Shown: positions 11,406 to 25,902, counted from the first letter of the stretch. The stretch: 64,000 nt of DNA from Octopus sinensis (GCF_006345805.1 NC_043006.1:60078001-60142000); one strand, 5' to 3'. Translations and numbers: made by a program. The notes: generated by a model from the sequence alone, not told the origin.

Positions 11406-13566
11406 AGTTATGACCTCTCTTGTAATGAAAAGAAGAAAAAATTGTAAGAGGAGATGTTAAGGTTATCCAGAGAGAAATGCCAGAGATCGTAGTTTCATGT
11501 ATGCTGCCGACGTTTCCTCATTTATAGATTATAACATTTTATTTCATATTACATCAGTTTACGAAACTGTTGAAGAAAAATAGTACCAATTTATCTGGTA
11601 TCATATCCAAAGAAGTTTTTTTTATTATCTAGGCCTGGATGTCGGTACAGTGCTCATAGCCTTTGCACAGTGTTCGAGATCGGTGTTATTAAAAGACGTC
11701 GGCAGAGAAGACATGTGTAGGACTGGATTATTGGTGTTAAGCGTTCAGGATAGGAAGGAATAGAAATTGGGGTTAGTGTAAGTCCTGGAGTCATCCATTG
11801 GCGATAAGGGGAAGGGAAACGAGTAAATTGAGAGTATGTTGGTAGAGGTAGTATGTGAGATGATATTCCCGATGAGCAGAATCTGCTGTAGTTATGACAG
11901 AAAAGGCAACGAGAGAGGGAGAAAGGGAGAGAGAGTCAGACAGACAGAGCGAGGTGGGCAGGCAGGAAACTGCGCATCTGCGGAGTAGAGGCTGGAGTGT
12001 GCCTGTGTATAGCAGCAGCACTGATACCAATGTGAGAGTACTCCTTATGCATTTTTCTCAAGCTCTGCAGAGCGTCAATAATTTATGAGAACTGAAATAT
12101 TTTCTGACTATGAATGAAAGGGCGGTCACCAAAATATAATTCTCGTTATGTTAAAGCTATGCGTTCACCAGGAGAGATACTCAGTGATAATGACTCCCTT
12201 GCATTTGGATCGATCACGAATGCTCTACTTGCAAACTGCGAATTTAAATGGTTGAAGTGCAATGAAAATTTCTTGGATGAGAATGCACAGTGAATGAGTT
12301 GGAGAGAAGATTGGCATGACCCCTTTAGAGGATGTTTTCTGTATCTCTGCTCATAGAGTCAGTGCAGATTTAGCATAACCTCTCTAGGTTGCACGTGGGT
12401 TACGTATGTTTGGAGATGACCTGGGGAAGTATGAACGTTAATATAACACGTGAAAGTGAGGTTGTTCTTGGATGAGTCAACGAATAGTGTGGAGAACAGA
12501 AACAGACCCTAGGATACTTCTGTGTTGATATAATAAGAATCAGCTATAGATACATAGAAAGAGAGGGTGAGAGAGATAGAAAGAGAGAGGAAGAAGGAGG
12601 GAAAGAGAGAGAGGAAGAGAGAGAAAGAGAGTGTCTGCTCAATCGCTGAAGAACATGACAGTGCGATCTGACAGAAATCTAAGAGATGAGAGACGAATGA
12701 AACTCAGAGACAAGCAATTTTCACAAGGGATTCAAATGTGAGATACTAAGGTTTTGACGAAGTCATGGCCTGTAAAACTACTTTCGTCATATTTCTCTAG
12801 GGTTTACTGGTGACATAGGAGAGCAGATCTATAGAAGATCTTGCTTTATGGAAGCCGTAGCAGTGGTCATTAAGAAGAGAGATTTAAGGTGTTGCAGAAT
12901 GTCGCTGTTTATAGTTCTGCCCATTATCGTTGAGATATTGGAAGTAAAGGGCTATAGAAGTTTAGTCGGCAGTCAAAATTTGTCGTTTTAGAGAATAATC
13001 ATAACATAAAGCCAGATCAAAGCACTGACTCTTACAAAGTTCTCTGTGCCTAAACAGTATTCTCATTTGAAATACTTATATAATATTGACGAGGAAAGAT
13101 TGTGTTACGTTTACATTTTTCTCTTAAGAGAAGTGAATTAATTCATTAATTCAAACTGGGAATAGAAACCGACAGTGTATACAGAATTTAAAGGAAGCTT
13201 GTCTCTTTCTCTACTGGGTTCGCTATAATTACGGAACACTGTTTAAATCTACATTTCTTTAACAAACTGTAAAGTGAGTTACAGTAAATAAAGAGGTTTA
13301 GGGTTTCAGTCAGTTGACTGGGATAGCTCAAAACGTAATGAAGATTGTAGGGGAATACAGAAGGATTAACAATTCTGAAAGGTGTTCATATCTATCTTTC
13401 AACGCCCCAGAGAAGATATCATTTAACTATAGGTAACCATTACTCCAAATCAAATTAACTATAAGCATGATTTGAAAATAATGGCCATTAATATAAGCAA
13501 ACACCAAAATATACAGATTAATTATTTTTTTTTATCATACTTTACTCTTTTCATTTTTATTTCCAG

Positions 13567-13676
13567 ACTTGATCAAACTGTATGTACAACAGAATACAGA
13601 TACCTTTAAGCTTTATGTTATATCGGCAATATCTACGACCATTGGAATTCGTCCATTAAGAATTCAGAATTTAAAG
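13567..13676 (+). CDS. Internal exon ((N)LIKLYVQQNTDTFKLYVISAISTTIGIRPLRIQNLK)
   Basis: Long pyrimidine tract with ttccag| acceptor and AAG|gtagta donor; 110 nt, phase 1-0; the other two frames have stops. Confidence 0.88.
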
Positions 13677-14602
13677 GTAGTATATTTTAATACTGTGATC
13701 GTTGTTAAATTTAAGTTTGTTATTATGTATTGTTTCACCGTAGATCAACATGATCGAGCCGATCTATGGCACAATGTAGATAATCGTATGATTAAACACG
13801 ATTCTCATAGTCTTTGATCTAGACTAATCATACCTCGTCCTAATGGCAGATGAGGCTACTGTGCAGGGACTTAACGCATAAGCGTGCAGTATGAAAATCT
13901 GAACAAATTGTTTTTTTTCTCTCCACTATTGAGTCTGTTTGTGTGAGGCAGTAGATTATAGTGATAGTTGCGTACGAAACGGCCGAGGATTAATTTGTTG
14001 GAGCTTGTCATTTGTAACCTCTATCTATTAGTGATGTGCCTCTCAGCATAATGCTTGGAACAAATGAGACTATGTCTTCATTCTGTTGATAGTTTTATGT
14101 ATAAACATAGTTTTATATTGCCTAGATTGAGGGAAAGAGCGAAGGTTTTAAGGATGGTGTTAAAGTAAGGAGCATCGCAGGTGCATATCTACATGATATT
14201 CGGAGATATTTGTAGTAGTTGGAAGTTGTTGATGCAATAAGAAACTGTTTCCATCATATTCTCAGGTGCTATTCCGTTTTGAAATCCTGTATTTTTTCTT
14301 TAACTGGTGGGAGAAATAACGCAGGAAGTAAACTTCCAGATAACTGACACAACGACATTTCAACCTCTGCCGAAGCTATATCTCCTTCACTTATGTTGTC
14401 AATATGAATGGCATCAGTGTCAAAACACATTTTTAGCAAACAGCCATTAAATCCAGTGTTTATTGCTTTGTTATAAATGTATCAAATATTATATTTGCTC
14501 CATTCTTATTTACGGTGGTGGGAGAGAGTGGAAATTCAAAACAGTAAGAGCAACGATCTTACTTGAGAGAAATGCAAAAATTATGTGTACTTCAGACACT
14601 CT

Positions 14603-14709
<107 letters not shown>

Positions 14710-15624
14710 GACGACTTTCGGGCCAGGGCCCATGGACAACTTCCAGAGATCCCTGGCCTGGCAGTGCTACCGAGAAGCGCTACCCGTTCGGGATAAGCTC
14801 TACAGACACGGCTCGAGAAACACGGGGCCGACCTGCCCGAGATGCGGTCAGAGCGACGAAACCGTTTTGCACGCACTCGTGCAGTGTCCAACAATTTCCG
14901 ACCTGTGGGCTTGTGTCGAACAACTGCTGTCACGTGTGGGACGAGTCGGTTTATCAGCTGAGTCTATCGTCAATATTGTCACGCCTCCCTCCTTCAAACG
15001 GGAAGGAAGAGCTATTTTCATCATCCTTGTGGCTATGGCGAAAGAATGTATCTGGTGGACGCGTCTGAAAGGATTGGAGACAAACACTTTCCTCTCTGGT
15101 CAATCTCTCATCAACTTCTTCAAGTACCACTTGAAAAGGAAAGTGAGAGTAGAGAGGCAAGTTTTGTCTAGCGAATGTTTTAAAAAAAGATGGGTGAATG
15201 TAGCAAGAATGGCACGTATGAATGACGAAGCCACCTTGAGCATGATCCTATGAACCCAGAAATTGAAAACAGAGAGTTGCTTATTTGCAAAAAAAAAAAA
15301 AAAGAAATATAACATGTGACTCCATTGACCGAGGTTACCGTGGTCTTTTCCGTAGGCTTTTCTTTCCACGGGTAAACCTCCCCTGTCCTCCCCTTTACAC
15401 CTCATATTGACATTTCTGTGATAACGATCCCTATTGATCAATTTTTTTTTTCCTCTCCCCCTTTTTTTTAACCCCCCTTTTTTTTGTCCTCTTTCTCTCC
15501 TTTTACGATCCCTTTTGATCGAAACTCCCCCTTCCTTTTTTTTTTTTTTAAACCTTCAAAAGAAAAGCTCTACCTTGTAATTTGTTCTATCTGTGTGCAG
15601 CCCTGTGTGGCTAATAAAGAAACA
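14710..15624 (+). mobile_element. 5'-truncated Tx1/L1-clade LINE (ORF2 C-terminal zf-RVT region + 3' UTR)
   Basis: Stop-free reading to 15253 containing W.CY..ALPVRDKL, CPRCGQSDETVLHALVQCP and AKECIWWTR; AATAAA at 15613; both junctions lie in (TATC)n. Confidence 0.9.
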
Positions 15625-15678
15625 TATCTATCTATCTATCTATCTATCTATTTATCTATCTATCTATGCATATATATG

Positions 15679-15756
<78 letters not shown>

Positions 15757-15801
15757 TAATATATATATTATATATATATACAAATATATATATATATAAT
15801 A

Positions 15802-15856
<55 letters not shown>

Positions 15857-17315
15857 TAAATATATATATATATACAAAAAAAATATATATACATATATAC
15901 ATACATATATGTATGTATGTATATGTATAAACAAAGTTAGACAAAGAATAACAACAAAACAAACAGCATGGATACTCTCACATTCCATTCTTTATGTCAA
16001 CTAACCGCACAAAAAGACAAAAAAAAAAAACAGAAAAAAACTACGGCATCGGTTTCTGAGAGTTAGTAAATAGGGTGATTCATCTCAATGAAGGTGAAAG
16101 AAATAAAATAACTCTGAAAACTTCGATTTGTGAAAAATAGACATTAAGAATTCTGATACCAAAGTAATTTGAGATTCGTTTGCAATATCGACCTTCTGAC
16201 CGATATGGCTATCATTTGAAATATTCAGAAATTGCCGAACTGTAGTTCTTATTCTCTATTTCGTTATAAAGATGGAACGATAAGCTGACTGCAATGATCG
16301 GAAGCTTAACTTATCATCAATTATTAATGAATTTTGGATGTTTCAAATGCAACTCTTTCATGGAAGCTTGGGTTAACTCTAATGATTCTTAATGTTTGGA
16401 TAATCTTGATGCATGGAAGCAATTATATCTGATGGTAATTTCGAAATTATTGATAATTGATCTTTTATCGAGGACTTTTCATTTTCTTTCTTTTAAACAA
16501 TATATTTATGACTATATTATATAATATACTCTCTTTTTAAGACTGTAACGTATCCCTCCAGGTAAAATTAGTATGTTATTTTTTCCAAGTTAAAACGAGT
16601 ACTCAAAGACAAGTCTTGGAGTGATTGGTTATTACTAGGGAAAAGATGAAATTTTGAAGTTAATTATAACGCTAATGAAAGATATAGCAAAAACCGAAAA
16701 ACATATGTGCGAGGTGAAGTTTTTATTTAAAATACGAAATAATATTAATTATCGTGATGCAACCTGAAGTTCAGAAAATTAATATACATGCTCCATTCCC
16801 TGATTTGTAAATAATGCATGATAGAATCAAAGAATCTACCGCATTTATTTTCGGAAGGTGAAGTAGTCAAGTGTGATAGTTGGTTATAAATGCAACACAA
16901 TATCATGGTTAGGATGGTAATTGCATATCACCCTAGCAACAACCCTCTTCAGAAATCAATCAAGTGATTGGCGCTTCGCATATCTTCTACACTCTGTGAT
17001 GTGTTAATGACAGAAAAGATACTTCCTAATGACTCAACAAACCTAGTTATAATGAAGCATTAAAGAACGAAAGAGTTCAGCTTTAAATTCAAAGACTGTG
17101 TTTTGAAGTTGACAGATGATCTATTACCTCACAAAGCTACGTTAGAGTTCTTCAGTGGAATTTAGTCTAGAATAGAAATACTAAGAATGAGGTTTAATTT
17201 TTAAATCTGCCAACACGAATCCAACAAAATGATTGGATTGTCTTTATTTGCTTTAAACTTGATTTTCAATTTGAAATTTTCTTAAAAGTGAAGAAAAATG
17301 TAATTCTTCTTTTAG

Positions 17316-17489
17316 GTTATGTTTGGTGAAGTCGAAATAATCGTTACCTTCGACTTAACCGATGTGGCACCAACAATTGGAGATGTGAAAGACCGGCTGA
17401 AAGAAAAGTCCTTCTCAGCAGCTGTCAACGAACTCAGAGACTTACTAAAGAAGGAAGAGTTTATTATTACAATATTTTCACTGACATCA
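17316..17489 (+). CDS. Internal exon (VMFGEVEIIVTFDLTDVAPTIGDVKDRLKEKSFSAAVNELRDLLKKEEFIITIFSLTS)
   Basis: ttcttcttttag| acceptor and TCA|gtaagt donor; 174 nt, phase 0-0; protein-like amphipathic composition. Confidence 0.9.
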
Positions 17490-17504
17490 GTAAGTATTTT
17501 GCAT

Positions 17505-17538
17505 TGCCCCAGCATGGCCACAGCTCGTGAGCTGAAAC
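17505..17538 (+). mobile_element. 34-nt stub of the CR1-like LINE 3' end
   Basis: Identical to the reverse complement of 55820-55853 (TGCCCCAGCATGGCCACAGCTCGTGAGCTGAAAC). Confidence 0.75.
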
Positions 17539-18498
17539 CTGATAAAATAATTACTTATACGTAAGATAAACTGCATAATATGTTTTTATTTAATTTATAC
17601 CATAGTTGGTAAACAATAACCTTATTGGTTATATGTTTTCAGCATATAAGTACATTGTATTTCTGATATTGAAAGTGACAACAAGGTGTTTGTAACTCGA
17701 TGTAGAACTAGTATTGCAAAGGACCTCGCTCATAAAATACTTTTGAACCACTTGTTTTAATGTATATTTTTGGCAAAATACGCAAACATAATGCATACAC
17801 GCACACATACACTCTTACACACATGCATGTATCTGGTGCAGAATATTGGTGTCATTAGAGCATCGGATGGAATGTCTTTTACTATTGGTTCTGGTTCTCT
17901 GCACCATGAGTTCAAATTGAGCCTAGGCCAACTTTGCCATTTACCTTTTCGAGGTTGATAAAGTATCGATCGAGGCAAGTGAATTGCTAGAATGTTGTTC
18001 TAAATGCTTTAGTGTACCTGTTTTGGACTTATGCATTCGAAGTTAAAATTCTTCTTCCTTTCATCGGAAAAGAAAGTCCTAAGCCTTCGGGACCTAGCAA
18101 AAATCAATGTTAGGCTTAGGAAGTACATTTTCTGAAAAAGTTGAACAACGACAACAAAAAACTAGTACGTATATGAATAAACTTCTGTTTTTGCATGGTA
18201 GGTTAAAACGTTGTAAGGCTGAGTTATTTTCGCTGGTCAATTAGAGAATTGGTTTCAAATTTTGGCACAAGACACAAGGCCAGCAATTTCAAGGGAGGGG
18301 CTAAGTTGATTACACCGACCCCAGTGCTCAACTTGTACTTAATTTATCGACCACGAAAGGATGAAAGGTGAAGTCGACCTCTCAGCAACATTCGAACTCA
18401 GACGGACGAAATGCTACTAAGCATCTTGCCCGGCATACTAACGGTTCTGCCAGCACGCCACCTTATATGATGAAAAATATCAATATCAATATCAATAT

Positions 18499-18569
<71 letters not shown>

Positions 18570-18641
18570 GTATATATGTATGTATATATATATACATACA
18601 CACATATATATATACATATACATATATATATATATACATAC

Positions 18642-18677
<36 letters not shown>

Positions 18678-18777
18678 ACATATACATATACATATATATA
18701 TATACGTATATATATGTATATATATATATATATATTATATATATATATATATATATACGTATATATATGTGTATATA

Positions 18778-18821
<44 letters not shown>

Positions 18822-19542
18822 TATACATATATATATATATTATATATATATATATATGTATGTATGTATATAAACAAAATATTAAAGATGCAAAATATAT
18901 GAATTGAAAAAAAATTGCAAAAAGGATGGCGGGAGAGAAAAACAGAGAAGTGATGATCGGTACAGTTTGCTAGAAATATAATAAAATGTGTTTAGGAAGC
19001 TGTACAAATACATATTCTAGGGAGCTAGATAATAGTTATACTAAGCAACGACGCTTAGGGAGTTAGATAAAAACTCACTGGGAGGCGAAAACTCCTTCTT
19101 ACACTCGGAAATGGTTCTGATTTTGAGATAGGAGGAGCTCTGGCACTATTGTAGAAGTAAAAAAACAAGCACAATCAGTTTAATATCCACAAACGGTTCT
19201 TGTGAATTTATAATGCTGAAATCTGAGATCGCTACAGTTTGTAGAAAAGGCAAACAAATGCATTAAAAATGTAGAGTTGTATAACTTTCTATTATTTTAA
19301 TGCTTCTAGAAGGACTTGGAATGTAGAGATCGTGGAAATATAGGTTATGGACACAAAGGAGATAAAGGACATCGGTACGCACACATTACAAGATACTAAT
19401 TTCACGTCCATTTCTTTAGTTGAGATACTGAAAGTGTGTTTATTTGTGCGCTACAGCCTTTATTCTTTGTTTTTCAAATTATAATTACCTGAGCTGGCAC
19501 TTTATCCAGAACAGGATTTTATTTAGTACTCCTAATGTTTCT

Positions 19543-19956
19543 TATTTCTTTACTGCTCACAAGGGGCTAAACACAGAGGGGACAAACAAGGACAGACAAA
19601 CGGATTAAGTCGATTATATCGACCCCAGCGCGAAACTAGTACTTAATTTACCGATCCCGAAAGGATGAAAGGCAAAGTCGACCTCGGCGGAATTTGAACT
19701 CAGAACGTAAAGGCAGACGAAATACCTTTTTCTTTGCTACCCACAAGGGGCTAAACACAGAGGGAACAAACAAGAACGGACTAATGGATTAAGTCGATTA
19801 CATCGACCCCAGTGCGCAACTGGTACTTAATTTATCGACCCCGAAAGAATGAAAGGCAAAGACGACCTCGGCGGAATTTGAACTCAGAACGTAGCGGCAG
19901 ATGAAATAACGCTAAGCAGTTCGCCCGGTGTGCTAACGCTTCTGCCAGCTCGCCGC
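19543..19956 (-). mobile_element. Dimeric SINE type B with 21-bp TSD
   Basis: Full unit + head-less second unit; TSD TTTAGTACTCCTAATGTTTCT at 19522-19542 and 19957-19977. Confidence 0.9.
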
Positions 19957-20187
19957 TTTAGTACTCCTAATGTTTCTGTATGGAAAATGTAGTTAATACT
20001 TGTAGCTTTCTATATAAATATTTACGGCATAATCACTATTTTCACATTGCAGTGGCTGCAACAGTAAATATGTAATTTGGCATATTCTGCATCAGAAACA
20101 TGAAATGAGATTTCTCGTACAGATATATTTTGTACTTGTGTAGCATAGCATTTGTATAATTGGAAGTTCATCCTGAAGCAATAATAA

Positions 20188-20476
20188 AATCCAAGTCTCT
20201 CATTTGAAGTTAATTTCCTCCCTACTAATCACCAATATAGTGCTTTCATCCCTTTTTGATTAAACAGTAAAAGAAGACGGCGGAGGAGATAAAGGCAGTT
20301 TAATTAGATTTAAGTACTGGCATAAATTCTAATAATTTTGGAGTGATTAAAAGTGAAGTAAAACCCACCTCTTTAATAGAATTCAGAACGTTGAAGATTT
20401 GGGTTAAATGCTCCCAAAGTATTTAACCAAGTAATATATGAAATTCGCTACTTCCCCATGTTTGATGCACTACAAG
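20188..20476 (+). repeat. Segment duplicated in inverted orientation at 31785-32076
   Basis: About 290 bp of high identity read directly from both loci. Confidence 0.85.
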
Positions 20477-22728
20477 GTCAACGAATGACCATGTTGACTC
20501 GCTTAAGCATTTTAAGATTGTCGATGAATGTTTTCTAAAACAACTAAAAGGTAATTTTCCCCGTGGCAGTTTTGTTTTTACTTTCATAAGGCCAAGACAC
20601 ATTGTCTACCGCTGCTAATTCTGAGAGAATGAAAGGGGAGAAAAACGAAGGAATGAGAGATAGATAGATAGATAGATAGAGAGAGAGAGGGAGAGAATCT
20701 GGGTAAAGAATAAGTGACGCTATTTCATGACTGGTGCTTTATATGTAGGATCCAAACAGGTGACGGGAAATAAGGTTGCTAGTGGTGGGACTTGAACTTA
20801 GATTGGAAAGAACAATCACTCAAGGTATTACGTAGGACGCTATCACGACTCAGCTACCTCCATTTCAAGTGAATTGACTTCAGAACAACGTAGCTGATGT
20901 AGTTATTTAATAAACCGCCAGGATTTAAAAACGAAAATGAACACTGAGGTGCTGGATTTGATCGCAATACATCGAAGAAGAGCACCAAATATTGGTTTAA
21001 AATTGTGGCACAAGGCCAGCAATTTTTGGGGAAGTAGTAAGTTGATTACATCGACCCCAGCGCTCAACTGGTTCCTATTTTATTCTTTTCTACTCTAGGC
21101 ACAAGGCCCGAAATTTTTCGGGAGGGGGCCAGTCGATTATATCGACCGCAGTACGCAACTGGTTCTTATTTTATTGACTCCCGAAAGGACAAAAAACAAA
21201 GTCGACCTCGGTGGAATTTGAACTCAGAACGCAAAGACAGACGAAATGCCGCTAAGCATTTTGCTCGGCGTGCTAACGATTCTGCCAGCTCGCAACCTTA
21301 TGCCTACCAGATATTATAGACAGCTGTTTTCTCACTTTGCGCGACCATTTCTTAAATACCAATAACGATTATAAAACTTACGCCTGTATTGACATTTAGT
21401 ATAAGTTTATGCTAATTTATGTTTGAATATGTAACGTCTACACACTCACACATACACACACACACTCATACATACACACACTTCATTACATACCAGCCGA
21501 TTAATTGATCGATACATATTCGCTTAAAAGTTGACGTCTTTTATGGTGACACGATTAACTTTTCGTAACAGACCCTTGCATAGTAGACTGGAGAACCTCA
21601 AAACTCGAATTTATAGTAGACTGGAGAACCTCAAAACTCAGCAGGAACCACGCTACACTTTATGTGAAATACTTGGGACTGGAAGTGTTTCGGATTGAAA
21701 ACATAGTTTTATCTATAAAATGGGAAAGCTTGGGGATGGAACACAAGTTTATATACCTTTTCTATTTACATTTCATAATACAGCTTAAATAAATCTGCCG
21801 TGAATGTGCCCCGTGCCCCGTTTTACTTCTGAATAGCTTCTGCCCTATTACACTTTCATACAACACGGAGTGGGTAACGTTCCGCCCATACATGCTTTCT
21901 AGAATTTTCTATTCCTGGTGCTACTTTCAAATTTTGGAAAGTTTCAGATTTCTGAATTTTGATTAAAATTGTTCATAGTTCTGAAATATGGTATAATAGT
22001 CAAAATCAGAATCATTTATTTACGATTCCTTTTCTTAACCGTATCACTGGGTGATTACAAGCCTAAATAGTGTAGTAATATAAACAAACTATAAATATTA
22101 TAATCTAAAGATAACGTTATAAATTATAAGTAGAAAAGCTTTATATTATAAAATATAAATATTATGAGTAAAATATGGTGTTAGTTGGGGTAGAGAATAT
22201 CGACTATATCTACTTGACAGTTTTTATATTTCCAACGTTAGATCTCATCAGAGTGATTATATCATTCTACGGTTCGAAAACATAAACGCCATTACAATAG
22301 TTTATTGTTTAGAGTACTGATAAATAATTTAACGCGAGAATTTGTTAAAATGTGTTGATAATATAATTGATAATTATAATGTTCATAATATTTCACTCCA
22401 GGGCAGCTCTAATCAAGCAAACCTATGACCAAAAGCAATTCAAACTGTGACTATCTCTCATTTTTGCACAGCGAGTCAATGATTATATAATCCAATGTGC
22501 TCTTAACTTTAGAGGACAGTAGAGCGTGATTTAAAATGATTTAGCGAATGCGTAAAATGTAAGACATTGTGTCGTAAAGCTCACATGGTCTGTTATAAAT
22601 TTCGCTTTCTTACTTAGGTACAAAGTATTTCACTAAAAGTAAAGCTGTTTATGCATTTCCATAGAAGCAACAATATAACTAGATTGATTTAAACGTCAAT
22701 ATGCAATTGTTTGCGTTCTCGTTTTTAG

Positions 22729-22813
22729 GGAGAAAAGACAGCAATACGGCCTACAGAAATGACATTCGATGAAGTATTGTACAAGACAACACCGCGAACA
22801 ACATATACCAAAG
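22729..22813 (+). CDS. Internal exon, juxtamembrane stalk (GEKTAIRPTEMTFDEVLYKTTPRTTYTK+G)
   Basis: ttctcgtttttag| acceptor and AAG|gtaagt donor; 85 nt, phase 0-1. Confidence 0.9.
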
Positions 22814-23087
22814 GTAAGTAGTAACTTTATATATTCATATCATCACACCTAGGCCATTAAGTTATTGAATATCTGATACGTACAACATACATACATACAT
22901 ACATACAACATACATACATACGATCAAACAGACCCCAAGTCGACTGGCGTCGGCAAGATCTGTGTTTATTAGTAAAATGGACAAGAAGATTATTGTGAAG
23001 TATGTAAATCTCTGCTGTCTCTCATAAATTCCCACCCTTGTCAGTTTTTGCCCTGAAGTGGGATTCTATATAATGAACATTATAAAA

Positions 23088-23438
23088 GAGCGATTGTGTG
23101 GTAAGAAGCTTGCTTCCTAACCACATGGTTCCAGGTTCAGTCCCATTGCGTGGCAACTTGAGCAAGTTGTCCTCTACTATAACCTCGGGTCAGCGAAAGT
23201 CATTTGTGAGAAGCCTATCGTATATATATCTATGTATGCGTGTGCCCTTATGTTTGTGTTTCTGTCCCACCACCGCTTAAAGACTGTGTTGGTGTATTTA
23301 CGTCCTCGTAACTTGCGGTTCGGCAAAGATTACGATAGAATACATACCAGACTTTAAAATATAAGTACTGGGGTCGATTCAATCAACTAAAAAATTCAGT
23401 GCGGTACTCCAGCATGGCTGCAGTCTAATGACTGAAAG
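23088..23438 (+). mobile_element. SINE type A, older diverged copy
   Basis: A/B-box head, core and tail homologous to 48273-48678. Confidence 0.75.
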
Positions 23439-23440
23439 GG

Positions 23441-23501
<61 letters not shown>

Positions 23502-24036
23502 AAAGATGGGCTACAGCAAATATTCGGCTCAATACCACAGTGTTATCATGTACATTGTTTTGTCTTGGTATAAAAGATGGGCTACAGCAAATATTCTGCT
23601 CAATACCACAGATTTGCTTGTCAGTTGTTTGACCTTAACCAGTTGAGCATGTTCCTTAGTGGCTGACGATATGTGCATCTCTGATCACGAGCAGAAGTAG
23701 TGGGGGAGCATCATAGCCATGTGTTGAGAGGGATTCTTTGGGGTTTGAATAATTCACCGCTGGAGACATGGGTGGTTCTTTCAACATCCTTAAACAACCC
23801 TTATTCAGGGACCTTTTGAGCGGGATGGGCTACTCAACCTGAAGAAAATTCTAACTGGGCCCCACCTGCAAGGTCATGCGCTGTTTATCTTGATATGAGA
23901 TTACCATGTCGCGCACATATGGTTGTGATGCATGTGCCTGGCGTACCCTTATCAGACGGGTAGTCATGATGGGTATATTGGGCTTCGTATATTTTACCCC
24001 AGTGTCACTTTGATGGCATGAACTGCTCTCTCACTC

Positions 24037-24082
<46 letters not shown>

Positions 24083-24089
24083 TATATAT

Positions 24090-24650
24090 ATATATATGCT
24101 CTCTCTCTCTCTCTTCTCCTCCTCCTTTGTTCCTTGTTCCCCTTTTTTCTCTCTCTTCTCCACCTCCTAAATTCATCTGTCCCTCTTTTCCTCTCTCTTC
24201 TCCTCACGCGTGACTGACTGACCGATTGCCGGTCTTTCGTGTTTGGCAGTCGTCGCGGCAAGACACATTTTTCTCTCTCTGCCCTAAGGCATTTTTCTAA
24301 CACGCCAGCTCAAAGTTTACTCGTCCTGTCGAAAGACGCCTGTCTGTGACGTCCTGTTTTTGTTATTATTATTATCATTATTGTTTTTATGTATTTTTGT
24401 ATTCTTATTTGTGTAACATCGTCCGTTTTTCCGTCCTTGTTTTGTATACATTCGAGGCTTTCTTCCAAAGAATCTAATGCGCTTGGCTTAGATTTTCCTT
24501 TGAGGCTGGCCAGATCGGAGCAATCTCAAGATTAATCAGCCGAAATTGCGAGGATGATCCGGTTTTTGACTGAAGATTGAAGGCTTCGAATGTCCCGTCC
24601 GTGCTTTTTGTATCGTCTTCTAAATGTTTTGCGTTCTTGTCCCAGTTTGT
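24090..24650 (+). repeat. Dispersed non-coding repeat (copy 2)
   Basis: Colinear with 10700-11265. Confidence 0.75.
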
Positions 24651-24652
24651 AT

Positions 24653-24721
<69 letters not shown>

Positions 24722-24732
24722 TATATATATAT

Positions 24733-24792
<60 letters not shown>

Positions 24793-24989
24793 CATACCCC
24801 AAAGTCCAAACAATTATAAATTTGAGAGTACTAATAATTGAAATATGTATTCGACCAAGCGCCATTGAACAGCTAATATCCAAAAACCAGTACTTCTGAA
24901 TTTATACAGATGAGTGAGAACTCGCATTCTTTCCCAATCGCCCATGTGTGTTACGAGTATTCCCGCAGAAACTGTAGTCTACTATCATG

Positions 24990-25400
24990 GAGTGAATTAT
25001 ATTATCAATAATAATAAAGGGTAAAATTAATTAATCAATTAATAATTAATAATTTTACCAAGTAGTTCGGCATGTTAAATGAACCATTATCGGCAATCTT
25101 ATACAAAAATTCTATAATTATAAGCATAATTATAATTAGGGTTTCAGCAAAATTGCTTCACCACGTACCGAAATTTAGAAATAGCAGCTAAATACTATTC
25201 CACTACCATAAGATATCTCCCAGACAACAATACTCCCAACCCACGCAGGTAAATAGAAAAAAATAGCGAATCCAGCCGGCTTTGATCAACTACATACGCG
25301 TTTCTGGATTAAAGAGATGTAAAATTTATAATTGAAATACTATACTGAAGACAGAAATAAGTGAGTAAAACTAAAATTTCTCGGATACGAGAAAGCAGTC
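24990..25400. repeat. Dispersed repeat; its end also occurs inverted at 1-80
   Basis: ATTATCAATAATAA.AAAGGGTAAAATTAATTAAT..TT.ACCAAGTA is shared; carries a broken hammerhead 3' half on the minus strand. Confidence 0.55.
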
Positions 25401-25831
25401 ACTAAGCACGCTTCCAAAGTGGAATAGATCTATATCATAAGTTTAAATATGTCATACTTTATGATGTAATCTAACTCTTCCTTAGGTAATTCCTATCGAA
25501 ATTTATGTCGCAGTTCCATTCCTTTCCTTCATATATTTACATATCGCATGTTCAGCAACCTAAGCTTTTTAATATGGAGTTGTATAGCATTTGTCATGTT
25601 ATCAGCATTATTTATTAATTTCGATATGGGACAACGTGTATATGATATATTGATTAATAATCAACCATGTTTCCTTTCGTATTTTCTATACAAGCCATAT
25701 ATATGCTAGATGCAAACTAATCGTTGACTAAAATTGACTTGATTTTATTGAAATGTAATACACACACACACACACACACGCACTCACATGCATATTAAAC
25801 TAAGCGAGGTGGTCTCTTTTCTTTATCTCAG

Positions 25832-25902
25832 GTGCTATGGCTGGTCTTGGCATTGGAATGACTCTTCTTGGGCTTATAATTGCTCTCGCTGTGTCTATTA
25901 AG
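25832..25902 (+). CDS. Transmembrane-helix exon ((G)AMAGLGIGMTLLGLIIALAVSIK)
   Basis: ctcttttctttatctcag| acceptor and AAG|gtaaat donor; 71 nt, phase 1-0; about 22 hydrophobic residues followed by Lys. Confidence 0.9.

Noticed and set aside
11650-13100. Higher-complexity stretch with faint endonuclease-like words (FGD) on the minus strand
   Set aside because: Probably an old LINE relic, but too decayed to support without alignment.
13900-14450. Weakly coding-looking minus-strand region (ICSKHY)
   Set aside because: Interrupted by stops, and the motif order does not fit THAP or any family I can name.
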